Part shown: piece by piece, positions 1 to 9,372 of the stretch
How the letters are laid out: each line of letters starts with the position of its first letter
Position numbering within the stretch: position 1 is the first letter of the stretch
Assembly (NCBI GenBank): GCA_034423115.1
Contig: DAOUJD010000064.1
Span: 9,799 to 73,798 of the forward strand
DNA from: Dehalococcoidia bacterium
GTDB taxonomy: Bacteria > Chloroflexota > Dehalococcoidia > Lucifugimonadales > UBA3495
Direction of reading: 5' to 3'
DNA: 64,000 nt
Notes under the pieces: generated by a model
Seen by the model: the letters and a program-made list of their open reading frames with translations, nothing else
Databases searched by the model: none
Told to the model about the DNA's origin: nothing
Program-made: the position numbers and the translations under genes

Positions 1-778
1 TCGTGCTCTCTTCGGTGTCGGCGCGAACTTGTTCCATGGATTCGCCCACGTAGATGGGCATCCGAACGTAGGCGTCGTCCACGTCGTGGCCGTTTTCGGC
101 GGCGGTGGCCCGGTACAGCGCCAGGTTATTCGCCACCTGTTGCAATCCTTGCCCTCGTACACCGGTAACCAGCGGGAACCCCAGCTCGCCGATGATGCGG
201 AAGGTGTCTATCGAGTTGGCGGCAATCCGAATCGGTGGATGCGGCTGCTGGTACGGTCGCGGGGTGACCACCACGTCGTCCATGTCGTAGTAATGCCCGT
301 GGTGCGAGAACCGGTAGTTATTCCAGGCCTTTAGGATAATGTCCAAAGCCTCGGCGAACCGCACCCTGCTCTCGTCGAATGGCACGCCATACCCTTGGTA
401 GGATCGCGGAAAACTGCTGCGGCCGATCCCAAAGTCCAGCCGGCCCTTGGAAATGTTATCCACTGTGGCCGCTTCCTCGGCCAGACGGATGGGGTGGGCC
501 AAAGGCAACACGCTCACACCGGTGCCGACACGCACCCTTTCGGTGCGGGCGGCTACGATCCCCGCCATCATCAACGGTACCGAGGAGACGGACGGTATTC
601 CGGCTCCGCCCGGGTCGGTAGGGGTGCGCGGCGCGGCGAAGTGGCGCTCCGCCAACCACACTCCGTCGATACCCGATTCGTCCGCCAGTTGGGCTACGGC
701 GAAAGCTTCGTCAAAAGCCTCGTCCTGGGTGCGACCTTCCCGGTAATCGCATTCCATTACCAGACCGACGTGCTGCAT
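1..778 (-). CDS. LLM-class (luciferase-like) flavin/F420-dependent oxidoreductase, C-terminus cut by window edge
   Basis: Absent from the ORF track because it runs off the left edge. Reverse translation from ATG at 778-776 (AGGAGGA SD at 784-790 on the minus strand) reads MQHVGLVMECDYREG..GIDGVWLAERHF..ISKGRLDFGIGRS..HPPIRIAANS, typical LLM TIM-barrel motifs. Confidence 0.8.
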   Translation of the reverse strand, partial: MQHVGLVMECDYREGRTQDEAFDEAFAVAQLADESGIDGVWLAERHFAAPRTPTDPGGAGIPSVSSVPLMMAGIVAARTERVRVGTGVSVLPLAHPIRLAEEAATVDNISKGRLDFGIGRSSFPRSYQGYGVPFDESRVRFAEALDIILKAWNNYRFSHHGHYYDMDDVVVTPRPYQQPHPPIRIAANSIDTFRIIGELGFPLVTGVRGQGLQQVANNLALYRATAAENGHDVDDAYVRMPIYVGESMEQVRADTEEST

Positions 779-825
779 GATGGTCCTCCTCTTGGTTCAC
801 CGGTCCCTGACGGACTCGCCGGGCG

Positions 826-1035
826 TTAGTTCTCGATGTAGGTGTTGGGCGCCGTCAGGAACCTGGTGCGGCATTGCAACGTGCAGAAGTAGTACCATTC
901 GCCGTTGAAGAAGCTACGGGTTCCGGCGTTGGGGTCGACTTCGTTGGCGCCGTACATGGTCTGGCCGGTGGTGGCGCGGGCGCTATCCGTGTTGATTACG
1001 GTCCTGCATACGGGGCAGATGGGATCGGCGGGCAT
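826..1035 (-). CDS. YHS/TRASH-like small metal-binding domain protein
   Basis: 69 aa. N-terminal CPVC plus WYYFCTLQCRTRFLTAPNTY resembles the YHS-domain consensus (YYFCS..C...F...P..Y). Confidence 0.55.
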   Translation of the reverse strand: MPADPICPVCRTVINTDSARATTGQTMYGANEVDPNAGTRSFFNGEWYYFCTLQCRTRFLTAPNTYIEN

Positions 1036-1078
1036 TTGTCAGGGCTCCTGTGTTGATCTGTACTGCGTAAAGGGGACT

Positions 1079-2254
1079 TCAGCCGACCGGCTGTAAATTC
1101 ATTCCCAGACGTACTTCGCCGGGCTGGTCCAGCAGGGCACGGGCAACCCGGGCCCGGTGCTCGAAACTGGTGCCGAGGCGCATGGTCCACGCCGTTACCC
1201 TGCGGTACCAGAGATGCAGGTCGAACTCCATCATGAATCCGATCCCGCCGTGGATCTGCTGCGACGAGCGTACGGTGGCCTGGCATTTGTCGTTGGTGAA
1301 GGCCTTGGCTTGCGATACCTCCACTCCGTAGGGCAATCCGGAGTCCATCTTCCAGAGCGCTTCGTAGGTCAGCAACTGAGCGCCATCACACCAGACGATC
1401 ATGTCGGCGCACAGGTGTTGAATGGACTGGAAACCCGCAATCGGGCGGCCAAACGCCACGCGGTTCTTCGCATAGTCAATCGCCATTTCCGCATCCTTGC
1501 GAGCGGCGCCGATGATTTGTGTGCAGAGCAGGGCCGTGCCGGTATCCAGCATCTCAGAGGTGGCAGCCCAACCACCGTTCACCTCGCCTATGACGTTGCT
1601 CAACGGTATGCGAACGCCATCCAGGGCCAGTTTGCTCTGGGAGTCCTTCGCCAGCGTCGTGAGTCGAGTTCCGGTAATCCCGTCCGCGTTCGTGGGAACA
1701 ATAGCCAAGGTGATACCGGCGTTATCTCCAGTTGGCGGGCCGGTGCGGACCGCCGTCACCATCAACTCGGCTGCTGAATAGTTGTCCACGAAATGCTTGG
1801 TGCCGCTGATGACAAGGCTGTCTCCGTCCACCTCTCCCCGGCACTGAATCGCGTCGGGCCGCAGGCGAGGGTCCTGCTCCTGCACCGCCCAGGTCATGAT
1901 CAGGTTTCCCCGTGCGACCCGCGGCAGGATGGACTGTTTCTGATCGTCAGAGCCGTGCCTGACGACGGCCAACGCAGCCGTGGCCGTACTGTGGAAAGGC
2001 ACGGGAGCGATGGCTCGGCCGCATTCTTCCAAGATCAAGCCCAAGTAGGTGACGGGGAGTCCGCCGCCGCCGTAGGCCTCGGGCAAGGAAATGCCAAACC
2101 AGCCTAGCGACGCCATCTGTTCCCACAGTTCAACCGAGTAACCGCGCTCGTCCTGTTCAATTGCGCGGGCCAGGCCGGGCGGGCATTCCGCCTCCAGGAA
2201 TTCCCTGGCGGCGTTTTTCACCATCAACTCTTCTTCGCTGGGTAATACGTTCAT
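1079..2254 (-). CDS. acyl-CoA dehydrogenase family protein
   Basis: 391 aa. Full-length ACAD architecture with a C-terminal QIHGGIGFMMEFDLHLWYRR motif. Confidence 0.9.
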   Translation of the reverse strand: MNVLPSEEELMVKNAAREFLEAECPPGLARAIEQDERGYSVELWEQMASLGWFGISLPEAYGGGGLPVTYLGLILEECGRAIAPVPFHSTATAALAVVRHGSDDQKQSILPRVARGNLIMTWAVQEQDPRLRPDAIQCRGEVDGDSLVISGTKHFVDNYSAAELMVTAVRTGPPTGDNAGITLAIVPTNADGITGTRLTTLAKDSQSKLALDGVRIPLSNVIGEVNGGWAATSEMLDTGTALLCTQIIGAARKDAEMAIDYAKNRVAFGRPIAGFQSIQHLCADMIVWCDGAQLLTYEALWKMDSGLPYGVEVSQAKAFTNDKCQATVRSSQQIHGGIGFMMEFDLHLWYRRVTAWTMRLGTSFEHRARVARALLDQPGEVRLGMNLQPVG

Positions 2255-2303
2255 CGTGCCTCAATTGGTCGGATTACATCTATAAAAGAATGCCGGGTTT
2301 CGA

Positions 2304-3506
2304 TTACACCCGGGGCATGCCCAAACCTCGACGGGCAACCTGGTCGCGCATTACCTGGACGCTGCCGTGGTTGATGCCGCTCTGGAATGCACCCATCAGG
2401 TTGTGAGCAAACACCCCGCTTTCGATGGCGTCTTCGGAGCCGTTCAGAAGCTGCCCGTACGGACCGAGCATTTGCGCGATTGTTTCGGTGGTTCGCACGC
2501 CGTGTTCGGGCGCGAATACCTTTTCTGCGGAACCTTCGTAGGTAAACGTGCCATCGTTTTCGACGATAGACATGCTCCGCATGGTCATCAACCGGCAGAC
2601 CTGCCCTTCGATCCACATGTCGGCAAGACGGTCCCGAACGGTCGGGTCTTCGCGCATGGCGTAACCCTCGATCTCGTTGTCCTTGACCCAGTTGACGATG
2701 TCCTCGTCGCGCTGAATGGAGATCAGGTACCGCGACGCTCCGACCCGGTCCAGATTCAGGCCCATCGCGCCCACGTACCAGCCCTGGTTCTCCTCGCCGA
2801 GCATGCACGAAGCCGGCACGCGCACGTTTTCAAAGAACGTCTCGTTCGTGCGGTTGTCGCCGTAGGTGGTGCCCAAGGGAGCCGGCGGGTCGTTTTGGAT
2901 GGTCCACAGTGGGCGGACCGTAATCCCCGGGGTGTCCATCGGGATCAGGAAAATGCTGATGCCCCGGTGGCGCGGAGCGTCCGGGTCCGTACGCGCCATC
3001 AGGTAGATGTGCGTGGCGTAATGGGCGGCCGTGGTGTACATCTTTTGGCCGTTGATGACGAATTCGTCGCCGTCCCGTACTGCGCGGCACTGCAGCCCCG
3101 CTAGGTCAGCGCCCGCTTGGGGCTCGGTGAAACCCAGGGCAAAGGAGATTTCACCGCGAATGATGCCGGGTAGAAATTCCTGTTTCTGTTCTTCGGTCCC
3201 CGCCGCCAGGATCGCGGGTGCGCCGGAACCGGCCCCGCCTACGGTGATGCCGACCCGGGCGAATTCTTCTTCCACGATATATTGGTCGATGCGGCTCCCG
3301 GCCTGTCCACCATATTCTCTCGGCCAGGAAATGCCTATCCAGCCTCGTTCGGCAATCTCTTTGTACATCTCGCGGGTCTTGGGACCGCGCCGCCGGACGC
3401 CGGTGCTCTCTAGCTCGGCAACGATCTCCGGGGTGACGTTTTCCGCGATGAATTGTTGGACTTCTGAACGCAGGGCTTCCTGTTCCGGGGTAAATGCGAA
3501 TTCCAT
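2304..3506 (-). CDS. acyl-CoA dehydrogenase family protein
   Basis: Track ORF 2304..3776 trimmed to internal Met 91 (MEFAFTPEQEALRSEV), the usual ACAD N-terminus. The upstream 90 codons are Arg/Pro-rich and not protein-like. Confidence 0.85.
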   Translation of the reverse strand: MEFAFTPEQEALRSEVQQFIAENVTPEIVAELESTGVRRRGPKTREMYKEIAERGWIGISWPREYGGQAGSRIDQYIVEEEFARVGITVGGAGSGAPAILAAGTEEQKQEFLPGIIRGEISFALGFTEPQAGADLAGLQCRAVRDGDEFVINGQKMYTTAAHYATHIYLMARTDPDAPRHRGISIFLIPMDTPGITVRPLWTIQNDPPAPLGTTYGDNRTNETFFENVRVPASCMLGEENQGWYVGAMGLNLDRVGASRYLISIQRDEDIVNWVKDNEIEGYAMREDPTVRDRLADMWIEGQVCRLMTMRSMSIVENDGTFTYEGSAEKVFAPEHGVRTTETIAQMLGPYGQLLNGSEDAIESGVFAHNLMGAFQSGINHGSVQVMRDQVARRGLGMPRV

Positions 3507-4353
3507 AACAACGCCGCCTTGGTCGAGGGTGGTGCCTAAGATGGTTCGGCGTGCAATTATAGCGGTTTGCGCCTTTGGTGTCATTCGGCGGGCGAGGGCG
3601 CAACCGTTCAGAGACGAGGACCCCCGGCAGTAGTGTGTATTCGGAGCGACCAGCCGATCCCCAATACGACGATTGGGTCGCGACGCATGCCGGCGTCGTC
3701 GGGTTGGCTCAGCTCCACCAATCCGACCAGCCCGAACCACCTTGAATTTTGAGAAATCCAAAAATCGATGACACATCCGCCTGAAAACACACCCTTGCTC
3801 GTCAACCCGTTCGCTACAATGTACATACGTTCGGCAATCGGTCGACAGGAGACTCAGCGCTATCTCCTACCGACCACGCCTCAAACCCCGCGCGCAGGGT
3901 CGGGGCAACTGCCGCAACCCGTCCGCTCCGGCGGGCTACATCTGAATAGGGTTCATCAGGGTTCAGGGACAACACGGCCTAACCGTCGCGGATCGCCTCC
4001 GCGACGCCAAGTCGGATTTCCTGCACGCTGGCCATCGCCGGAGGTTGCCTCTTTCAGCAGCATGGCATGGACCAGTACGGCGGGTGTCTCCACCGCTCCA
4101 CGAGGGTCGCAAGTCTCTCTGCCTGGAAGGGTAGGGGGAAAGTGAGGGGTTTCCTCTCATCAACCAAGGCGGTCAGCACGTGGGATTCTAGGACGCAATA
4201 TCGCACCAACGCTCTCGGGCCGTAGCGCCGACAACCTGGACCCAATGAACCCTGCAACCACCAAACTTCGCAACCATCAAACCAAAAGGAGCGACCGTCG
4301 GAAGGGAGGGCAATCCTGACGAAATCATTGCGCTAGTTAGCGTTCAAATTGAG

Positions 4354-4381
4354 GGCGGCCGCGTGTGGCTGGGCGGCCGCC
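4354..4381. other. 9-bp all-GC hairpin (GGCGGCCGC / GCGGCCGCC, 10-nt loop) upstream of the proV promoter region
   Basis: Perfect complementarity between 4354-4362 and 4373-4381, read directly. Weak T-containing flanks on both strands. Function unknown (insulator or terminator). Confidence 0.4.
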
Positions 4382-4424
4382 GATTTACCGTACCCGGTCG
4401 GGTGTATCGAGCTGACCGTCAGGG

Positions 4425-4454
4425 TTGACAAACCTTGCGCGCCGGGCCTACGGT
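4425..4454 (+). promoter_or_regulatory. candidate sigma70-type promoter for the proVWX-like operon
   Basis: TTGACA at 4425-4430, an 18-nt spacer, then TACGGT at 4449-4454, about 55 nt upstream of the proV start. Pattern match only. Confidence 0.3.
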
Positions 4455-4510
4455 GAGCGTGAAACCGCTTGCCTCGCCACCCGTGGCGCAACCACCGGGG
4501 ATGTTTAACC

Positions 4511-5824
4511 ATGGTCTCCGCAGACGATACAGCGACCACGTCAGCCACTGCTATGAGGGAGGGCGATCAGCCTTTCATCCGGGTTAGCTCGGTTTGGAAG
4601 GTGTTCGGCAGGAACCCGGAACGGGTGCTCGACCCGCAGTACGCGGGTCGTGATAAATCCTTTTTCCAAAGCGAAATGGGAAACGTCATTGGTCTTCAGG
4701 ATGTCTCCTTCGAAGTTGACCGGGGCGAAACCTTCGTCATCATGGGTCTCTCCGGCAGCGGGAAATCCACCATGGTCCGCTGCTTGATCCGTCTCATCGA
4801 ACCCACCGCCGGACAGATAATGGTCGCCGGCCGCGATATCACCGCCATGTCCGATAAGGAACTCATGGAGTTCCGCCGCGCGAACATCGCTATGGTGTTC
4901 CAGCACTATGGCCTGCAACCCCATCGCAACGTCCTGGACAACGCCAGTTGGGGGTTGGAAGTACAGGGCATGTCCAAGCCGGAACGCTACGCCAAGACCA
5001 AAGAGGTGTTGGCGTTGGTGGGCCTCGGAGGGTGGGAGGAGGCATATCCGAGGCAGTTGTCCGGCGGAATGCAGCAGCGCGTTGGGTTGGCCCGGGCATT
5101 GGCAGTGGACACGGACATCCTGCTGATGGACGAGCCGTTCAGCGGCCTCGACCCATTGATCCGGCGTCAGATGCAGGACGAACTTCTCAGGCTCCAAAAC
5201 GAACTGCATAAGACCATAGTTTTCATCACCCACGACTTGAATGAAGCGCTCAAGCTGGGCGACCGCATCGCCATCATGCACGACGGCCAGGTGGCGCAGA
5301 TCGGTTCCCCGGAGGATATTGTCCTGCGGCCCGAGGACGAATACGTCGGAGATTTCACCCAGGACGTTCGGCTTGAAAGCGTGCTCACCGCCAGCAAGGT
5401 GATGGTTACTCCCAAGGCCACCGTTATGGGACATCAAGGGCCAAGGGCCGCCCTGCACACCATCGGCAACAGCGATGGCGATGCCGCCTGGGTGGTCGAT
5501 ATGCGTGAGCACTACCTGGGAATGCTGACCATCACCGAGGCGGAACGGGCTCTCCGCGCCGGCGTCAAACGGATCGATGAAGCGTGGGAATATGTGGATC
5601 GGGAATATCAACCGGCCTCGCCAAATACCTCATTCGACGAATTGATACCTCTGGCAATGTCCAGCAATTTCCCGATCCCGTGTTGCGACGAAGACAACGT
5701 CCTGGTCGGCGAGGTGCATCGCAGCGCTCTGGCGGAAGCCCTCGCGGAGACGTCGACGCCAAACACGGACTACGAAGCAAACGCCGCAGAGAACGCCGCA
5801 TTGGCCGAGGAATCGGGCCGCTAG
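4511..5824 (+). CDS. proV: glycine betaine/proline-type ABC transporter ATP-binding protein with C-terminal CBS pair
   Basis: Walker A GLSGSGKST, signature LSGGMQQR, Walker B LLMDEPFS, long C-terminal CBS-like region. Start moved to Met15 (MVSADD); the track start at 4469 is an alternative. Confidence 0.85.
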   Translation: MVSADDTATTSATAMREGDQPFIRVSSVWKVFGRNPERVLDPQYAGRDKSFFQSEMGNVIGLQDVSFEVDRGETFVIMGLSGSGKSTMVRCLIRLIEPTAGQIMVAGRDITAMSDKELMEFRRANIAMVFQHYGLQPHRNVLDNASWGLEVQGMSKPERYAKTKEVLALVGLGGWEEAYPRQLSGGMQQRVGLARALAVDTDILLMDEPFSGLDPLIRRQMQDELLRLQNELHKTIVFITHDLNEALKLGDRIAIMHDGQVAQIGSPEDIVLRPEDEYVGDFTQDVRLESVLTASKVMVTPKATVMGHQGPRAALHTIGNSDGDAAWVVDMREHYLGMLTITEAERALRAGVKRIDEAWEYVDREYQPASPNTSFDELIPLAMSSNFPIPCCDEDNVLVGEVHRSALAEALAETSTPNTDYEANAAENAALAEESGR

Positions 5825-5900
5825 ACATCCGGCCCGCCCGGTCGGCTAACGAAGCCCGGCCGACCGACGGATGGATTCCTCTCGCAGGAGGGAGATAGTC

Positions 5901-6989
5901 ATGGCAGCGATCACCGGAGAACGCACCGATGCCCCAGCCCCGGTGTCTTCAGAATCACCAAACGGAGCGCAGGCGGCTCGTACCGCACTGGCGAATCTTC
6001 CCCAGATCTATTGGTGGGGAGCCGGCGTTGCCGCCGTGCTCATCGTGTTGGTCGTGAGTTTGGCGATTTGGGGCCCGAAGATGGAGTACCCAACCACCGT
6101 GGCCCACGTTCAATCCAGCGACGGCTCCACCACATTCCCCAAGTCGCTGCGGGACGTCACCGGGAAGGCTATCGACGACGGCACAGGTTGGTTAACCACC
6201 AATGGCGACTGGTTGTTTGACGGCATCAAGAACGCCATCACCTACGCCCTCAACTACATTGAGGACGGTCTGAAGTGGCTGCCGTGGCCCGCCGTGGTCG
6301 TGGCCTTGGTGCTGGCCGCGTTCGCCGTGGGCCGTTGGGGGCTCATGGTGTTCACGGCGTTCGCTTTTCTGTTCATCGGATTCATGGGTCTGTGGGAGAA
6401 CACCATCGACACCGTGGCGCTCATGGTGGTGGCGGTCGCTCTATCGGTCGGGATTGGGCTGCCCTTGGGTGTTTTGGGGGCACGTAATCAGACCGCCGAT
6501 CGCATCATGCGACCCATCCTGGACGGCATGCAGACCATGCCCAGCTTCGTGTACCTGCTCCCTGGCATCCTCTTTTTTGGATTGGGAAAGCCGGCCGGTA
6601 TCTTCGCCACCATCATCTACGCGGTGCCGCCGGTGATTCGTCTTACCAACCTGGGCATACGCCAGGTGTCCCCGGAGACGGTTGAAGCGGCCCGGTCATT
6701 TGGCGCCTCGCCCTTGCAACTGTTGGTGAAAGTGCAGATTCCGATGGCATTGCCGACGATTATGGCCGGTATCAATCAGACCACCATGATGGCGCTGGCC
6801 ATGGTAACCATCGCAAGCATGGTCGCTGCCGGCGGACTGGGCGACAATGTTCTCCGGGCCATCCAGAAGAACGAGGTCGGTAACGGAGTCATCGCCGGTC
6901 TCGCCATCGTCTTCATGGCGATCGTCATTGACCGCCTCACCCAGGCAGTAGCTCGGAGCAGGCAGGCTGCCCTAAGTGCCGGCCACTAA
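5901..6989 (+). CDS. proW: glycine betaine/proline-type ABC transporter permease
   Basis: Multi-TM protein with the BPD-transporter EAA-like loop (RQVSPETVEAARSFGASPLQLL). Start at Met11, preceded by GGAGGGA 7 nt upstream. Confidence 0.85.
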   Translation: MAAITGERTDAPAPVSSESPNGAQAARTALANLPQIYWWGAGVAAVLIVLVVSLAIWGPKMEYPTTVAHVQSSDGSTTFPKSLRDVTGKAIDDGTGWLTTNGDWLFDGIKNAITYALNYIEDGLKWLPWPAVVVALVLAAFAVGRWGLMVFTAFAFLFIGFMGLWENTIDTVALMVVAVALSVGIGLPLGVLGARNQTADRIMRPILDGMQTMPSFVYLLPGILFFGLGKPAGIFATIIYAVPPVIRLTNLGIRQVSPETVEAARSFGASPLQLLVKVQIPMALPTIMAGINQTTMMALAMVTIASMVAAGGLGDNVLRAIQKNEVGNGVIAGLAIVFMAIVIDRLTQAVARSRQAALSAGH

Positions 6990-7205
6990 TCCGTTCGTCG
7001 AGTGTGGCCCTGGGCGGTGAAATACTTCCCGCCCGAGGCCGAATATTTGGAACACTTTCTAAAATACGAAAAACATTCATAACATAATGCAAAAGTCGAA
7101 GAATCCATCAATTTGACAACGATAATTCACACTGTGATAATCGGAAGCCATTTGAAAGCCGCCCCGGCGACCGCCGGGCAACTGCCCACGACGGAGGAGA
7201 TTATT

Positions 7206-8459
7206 TTGTTCACCAAGTACCGTTTGTTGGCCCTGACGATGGTGATGGCGCTCGTAACCGTCATCGCCGTTGTGGCGTGTTCGCCGGCCGCGCCTCAAAC
7301 CATCGAGGTCACCCGCGTGGTGACTGAGCAGGTCGAAGTCGAAAAGGTTGTCGAAAAGCCCGTTGAAGTGGTCAAGGAAGTTGAAGTAGAGAAGGTCGTC
7401 GAAAAACCGGTAGAGGTCGTCAAGGAAGTAGAGGTTGAGAAAGAGGTCGTCAAGGAAGTAGAGGTGGTGAAGGAGGTCGAGGTCATCAAGGAAGTCGAAG
7501 TGATGGCTCCTGAAGGACCGAAAGAGACCATCATATTCGGAGACCTCAACTGGTCCAGCGCGTTGCTGCAGAACCGCATCGCCCAGTACATCGTCGAGAA
7601 GGGCTATGGCTACCCCACCGACGTCAAATTCGGAGCCACCCTCCCCTTGTTCCAGGGCCTGAAGAATGGCGACACTGACGTCACCATGGAAATCTGGCTC
7701 CCCAACCAGAACGACGCCTGGAACGCCGCTCGCGAGGAAGGTGCTGTCCTGTCCGTCGGCCAGAGTCTCGGCAAGGACTGGCAGTCCGCTTTCGTGATTC
7801 CTGCGTACCTGCAGGAACAGTACCCAGACTTGGACAGCGTTGAAGACCTGAAAGACCAGCAGTACAAAGACCTGTTCAAAACCGCGGAGACCGGAGACAG
7901 GGCCCGTCTGGTTTCGTGCATCATCGGTTGGGCTTGCGAAGAGGTGAATGCAGCGCAGATCAAGGGTTATGGTCTGGAAGAGCACGTCGAGATCATCAAC
8001 CCGGGCGACGGCGCCGCTTTGAACGCTGACCTGTATGGCGCCTACGAACGCGAGGAGCCCTGGTTGGGGTACCAGTGGGGTACTAACGACCCAGCGCTGA
8101 TCCTCGACTTGGTTCGCTTGGAAGAGCCGCCGTTCAGCGAAAGCTGCTGGGCCAATGCGGATGCAAAGCCTTGCGGGTACCAGGATGCCACCATCCTCAT
8201 CGCGGTCAATCCGAACCTGCCCGGAGAGGCGCCCGACGTGGTTGAAATGCTTCGCAAGTGGGATTTCAACATCGAAATCTACAAGGGTGTCGCCCGCTGG
8301 CAAGGCGAGAATCCCGATGCCGACGTCAAGGCTACCGCTATCTGGTGGTTGAACAATAACGCCGATGTCTGGAGCGGTTGGGTTACCGACGAGGCCGCAG
8401 CGAACATTCAGGCTGCTTTGACCGCCGGCGAAGAGGCGGAAGGCTGGCCCTCTGAATAG
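7206..8459 (+). CDS. proX: glycine betaine-type ABC substrate-binding lipoprotein (OpuAC/ProX-like) with long E/V/K repeat tether
   Basis: TTG start 6 nt after GGAGGAG (7193-7199). Signal peptide and lipobox (LVTVIAVVAC). The mature domain GDLNWSSALLQNRIAQYIVEKGYGYP..MEIWLPNQ is typical of the OpuAC family. Confidence 0.8.
   Translation: MFTKYRLLALTMVMALVTVIAVVACSPAAPQTIEVTRVVTEQVEVEKVVEKPVEVVKEVEVEKVVEKPVEVVKEVEVEKEVVKEVEVVKEVEVIKEVEVMAPEGPKETIIFGDLNWSSALLQNRIAQYIVEKGYGYPTDVKFGATLPLFQGLKNGDTDVTMEIWLPNQNDAWNAAREEGAVLSVGQSLGKDWQSAFVIPAYLQEQYPDLDSVEDLKDQQYKDLFKTAETGDRARLVSCIIGWACEEVNAAQIKGYGLEEHVEIINPGDGAALNADLYGAYEREEPWLGYQWGTNDPALILDLVRLEEPPFSESCWANADAKPCGYQDATILIAVNPNLPGEAPDVVEMLRKWDFNIEIYKGVARWQGENPDADVKATAIWWLNNNADVWSGWVTDEAAANIQAALTAGEEAEGWPSE
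7335..7430 (+). repeat. two tandem 48-nt units encoding identical EVEKVVEKPVEVVKEV peptides, within a longer E/V/K repeat (7326-7502)
   Basis: Unit 1 is 7335-7382 and unit 2 is 7383-7430. There are 0 amino-acid differences but 9 of 16 codons differ synonymously. Confidence 0.9.
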
Positions 8460-8490
8460 CCAGTCTCAGCTACTCTCCGCGTGAATCAAG

Positions 8491-8520
8491 GGCGGTCCCG
8501 GAAGGGGCCGCCTCCTTTTC
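8491..8520 (+). terminator. rho-independent terminator after proX
   Basis: Stem GGCGGTCCC/GGGGCCGCC (one G-U), GGAA loop, then TCCTTTTC. It begins 32 nt after the stop at 8459. Confidence 0.6.
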
Positions 8521-8578
8521 TGCTACAATGCAGCCGCCCGGACGGGCTTCCCCAAATCCTCCCCGGAACTGAAGCTGG

Positions 8579-9313
8579 ATGACCACCACCACATCTGACA
8601 CCCACGTATCCGACGAAACCCTGGCAACTTTGAAAGCCATCCCCACTCAAACCCTTATCGATGGGCTCTGGGTCATGGGCTGGCCGATGAGCATGATCGA
8701 AGGCGCCAAACCCCTCCAGTCGGGACAGCACATGGCCGGCCGAGCGGTGACGCTGCGGTTCGTGCCTCACCGCCCGGATTTGGCCGCAGATAAGCCCAAG
8801 GGAGCGGATTCCGCCGAGTACGTGGCGTTCGAACTGTGCGGCCCCGGCGAAGTGCTGGTGATTGATGCCATGCGCTGGCCCTTCAGCAGCATCGGCGGCG
8901 ACATCAAGTTCTATCGTCTCTACCAGCGGAACATCGGCGGACTGGTCACCGACGGCGCGGTGCGGGACACCAACACCCTGAAAGAATACGGTTTCCCCGT
9001 TTACTCCGCCAACGCAACGGCGAAGCAGGGGCCCGCCGAGTTCTGGCCCTGGCAGGTGAACGACTGCATCCAGTGCGGCGGCGTCCTGGTGCGCCCTGGC
9101 GACGCCATCGTTGGCGACGATGATGGGGTGGTCGTGGTGCCGGCGACTGCTGCGCAAGAGGTCATTAACATCGCCCACCAACGCGAGGAAGTCGAGGCTG
9201 TGATCAAGGCCCAGCTTGAAATCGAGCAGTGTTCGCCGGGAAAATATTACCCTTTCAACGACAACACCTGGAAACTGTTTGAGGAGAAGACCGGCAAGAC
9301 CCCGTACCGTTAG
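8579..9313 (+). CDS. RraA-family protein (4-hydroxy-4-methyl-2-oxoglutarate aldolase / RNase regulator fold)
   Basis: GGDIKFYRLYQRNIGGLVTDGAVRDT and VRPGDAIVGDDDGVVVVP are hallmark RraA/HMG-aldolase family motifs. Confidence 0.75.
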   Translation: MTTTTSDTHVSDETLATLKAIPTQTLIDGLWVMGWPMSMIEGAKPLQSGQHMAGRAVTLRFVPHRPDLAADKPKGADSAEYVAFELCGPGEVLVIDAMRWPFSSIGGDIKFYRLYQRNIGGLVTDGAVRDTNTLKEYGFPVYSANATAKQGPAEFWPWQVNDCIQCGGVLVRPGDAIVGDDDGVVVVPATAAQEVINIAHQREEVEAVIKAQLEIEQCSPGKYYPFNDNTWKLFEEKTGKTPYR

Positions 9314-9372
9314 ACCGACGCCCAAAATTCGTTGATTTCACAACCACCCAACCAAAGACAGGAGGCATCGAC

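Noticed and set aside
3507-3776. N-terminal 90-codon extension of the second acyl-CoA dehydrogenase (track ORF 2304-3776).
   Set aside because: The extension is Arg/Pro-rich and not protein-like. The internal Met gives the canonical ACAD N-terminus MEFAFTPEQ. Similar extensions were trimmed for 17106, 35852-36781, 39863-41362, 42715-43980, 48935-50875 and 61373-63280.
7320-7500. Periodic 48-nt nucleotide repeats that could be mistaken for a CRISPR-like or satellite array.
   Set aside because: The repeats are in frame inside the ProX lipoprotein gene, contiguous without spacers, and conserved at the peptide rather than the nucleotide level.
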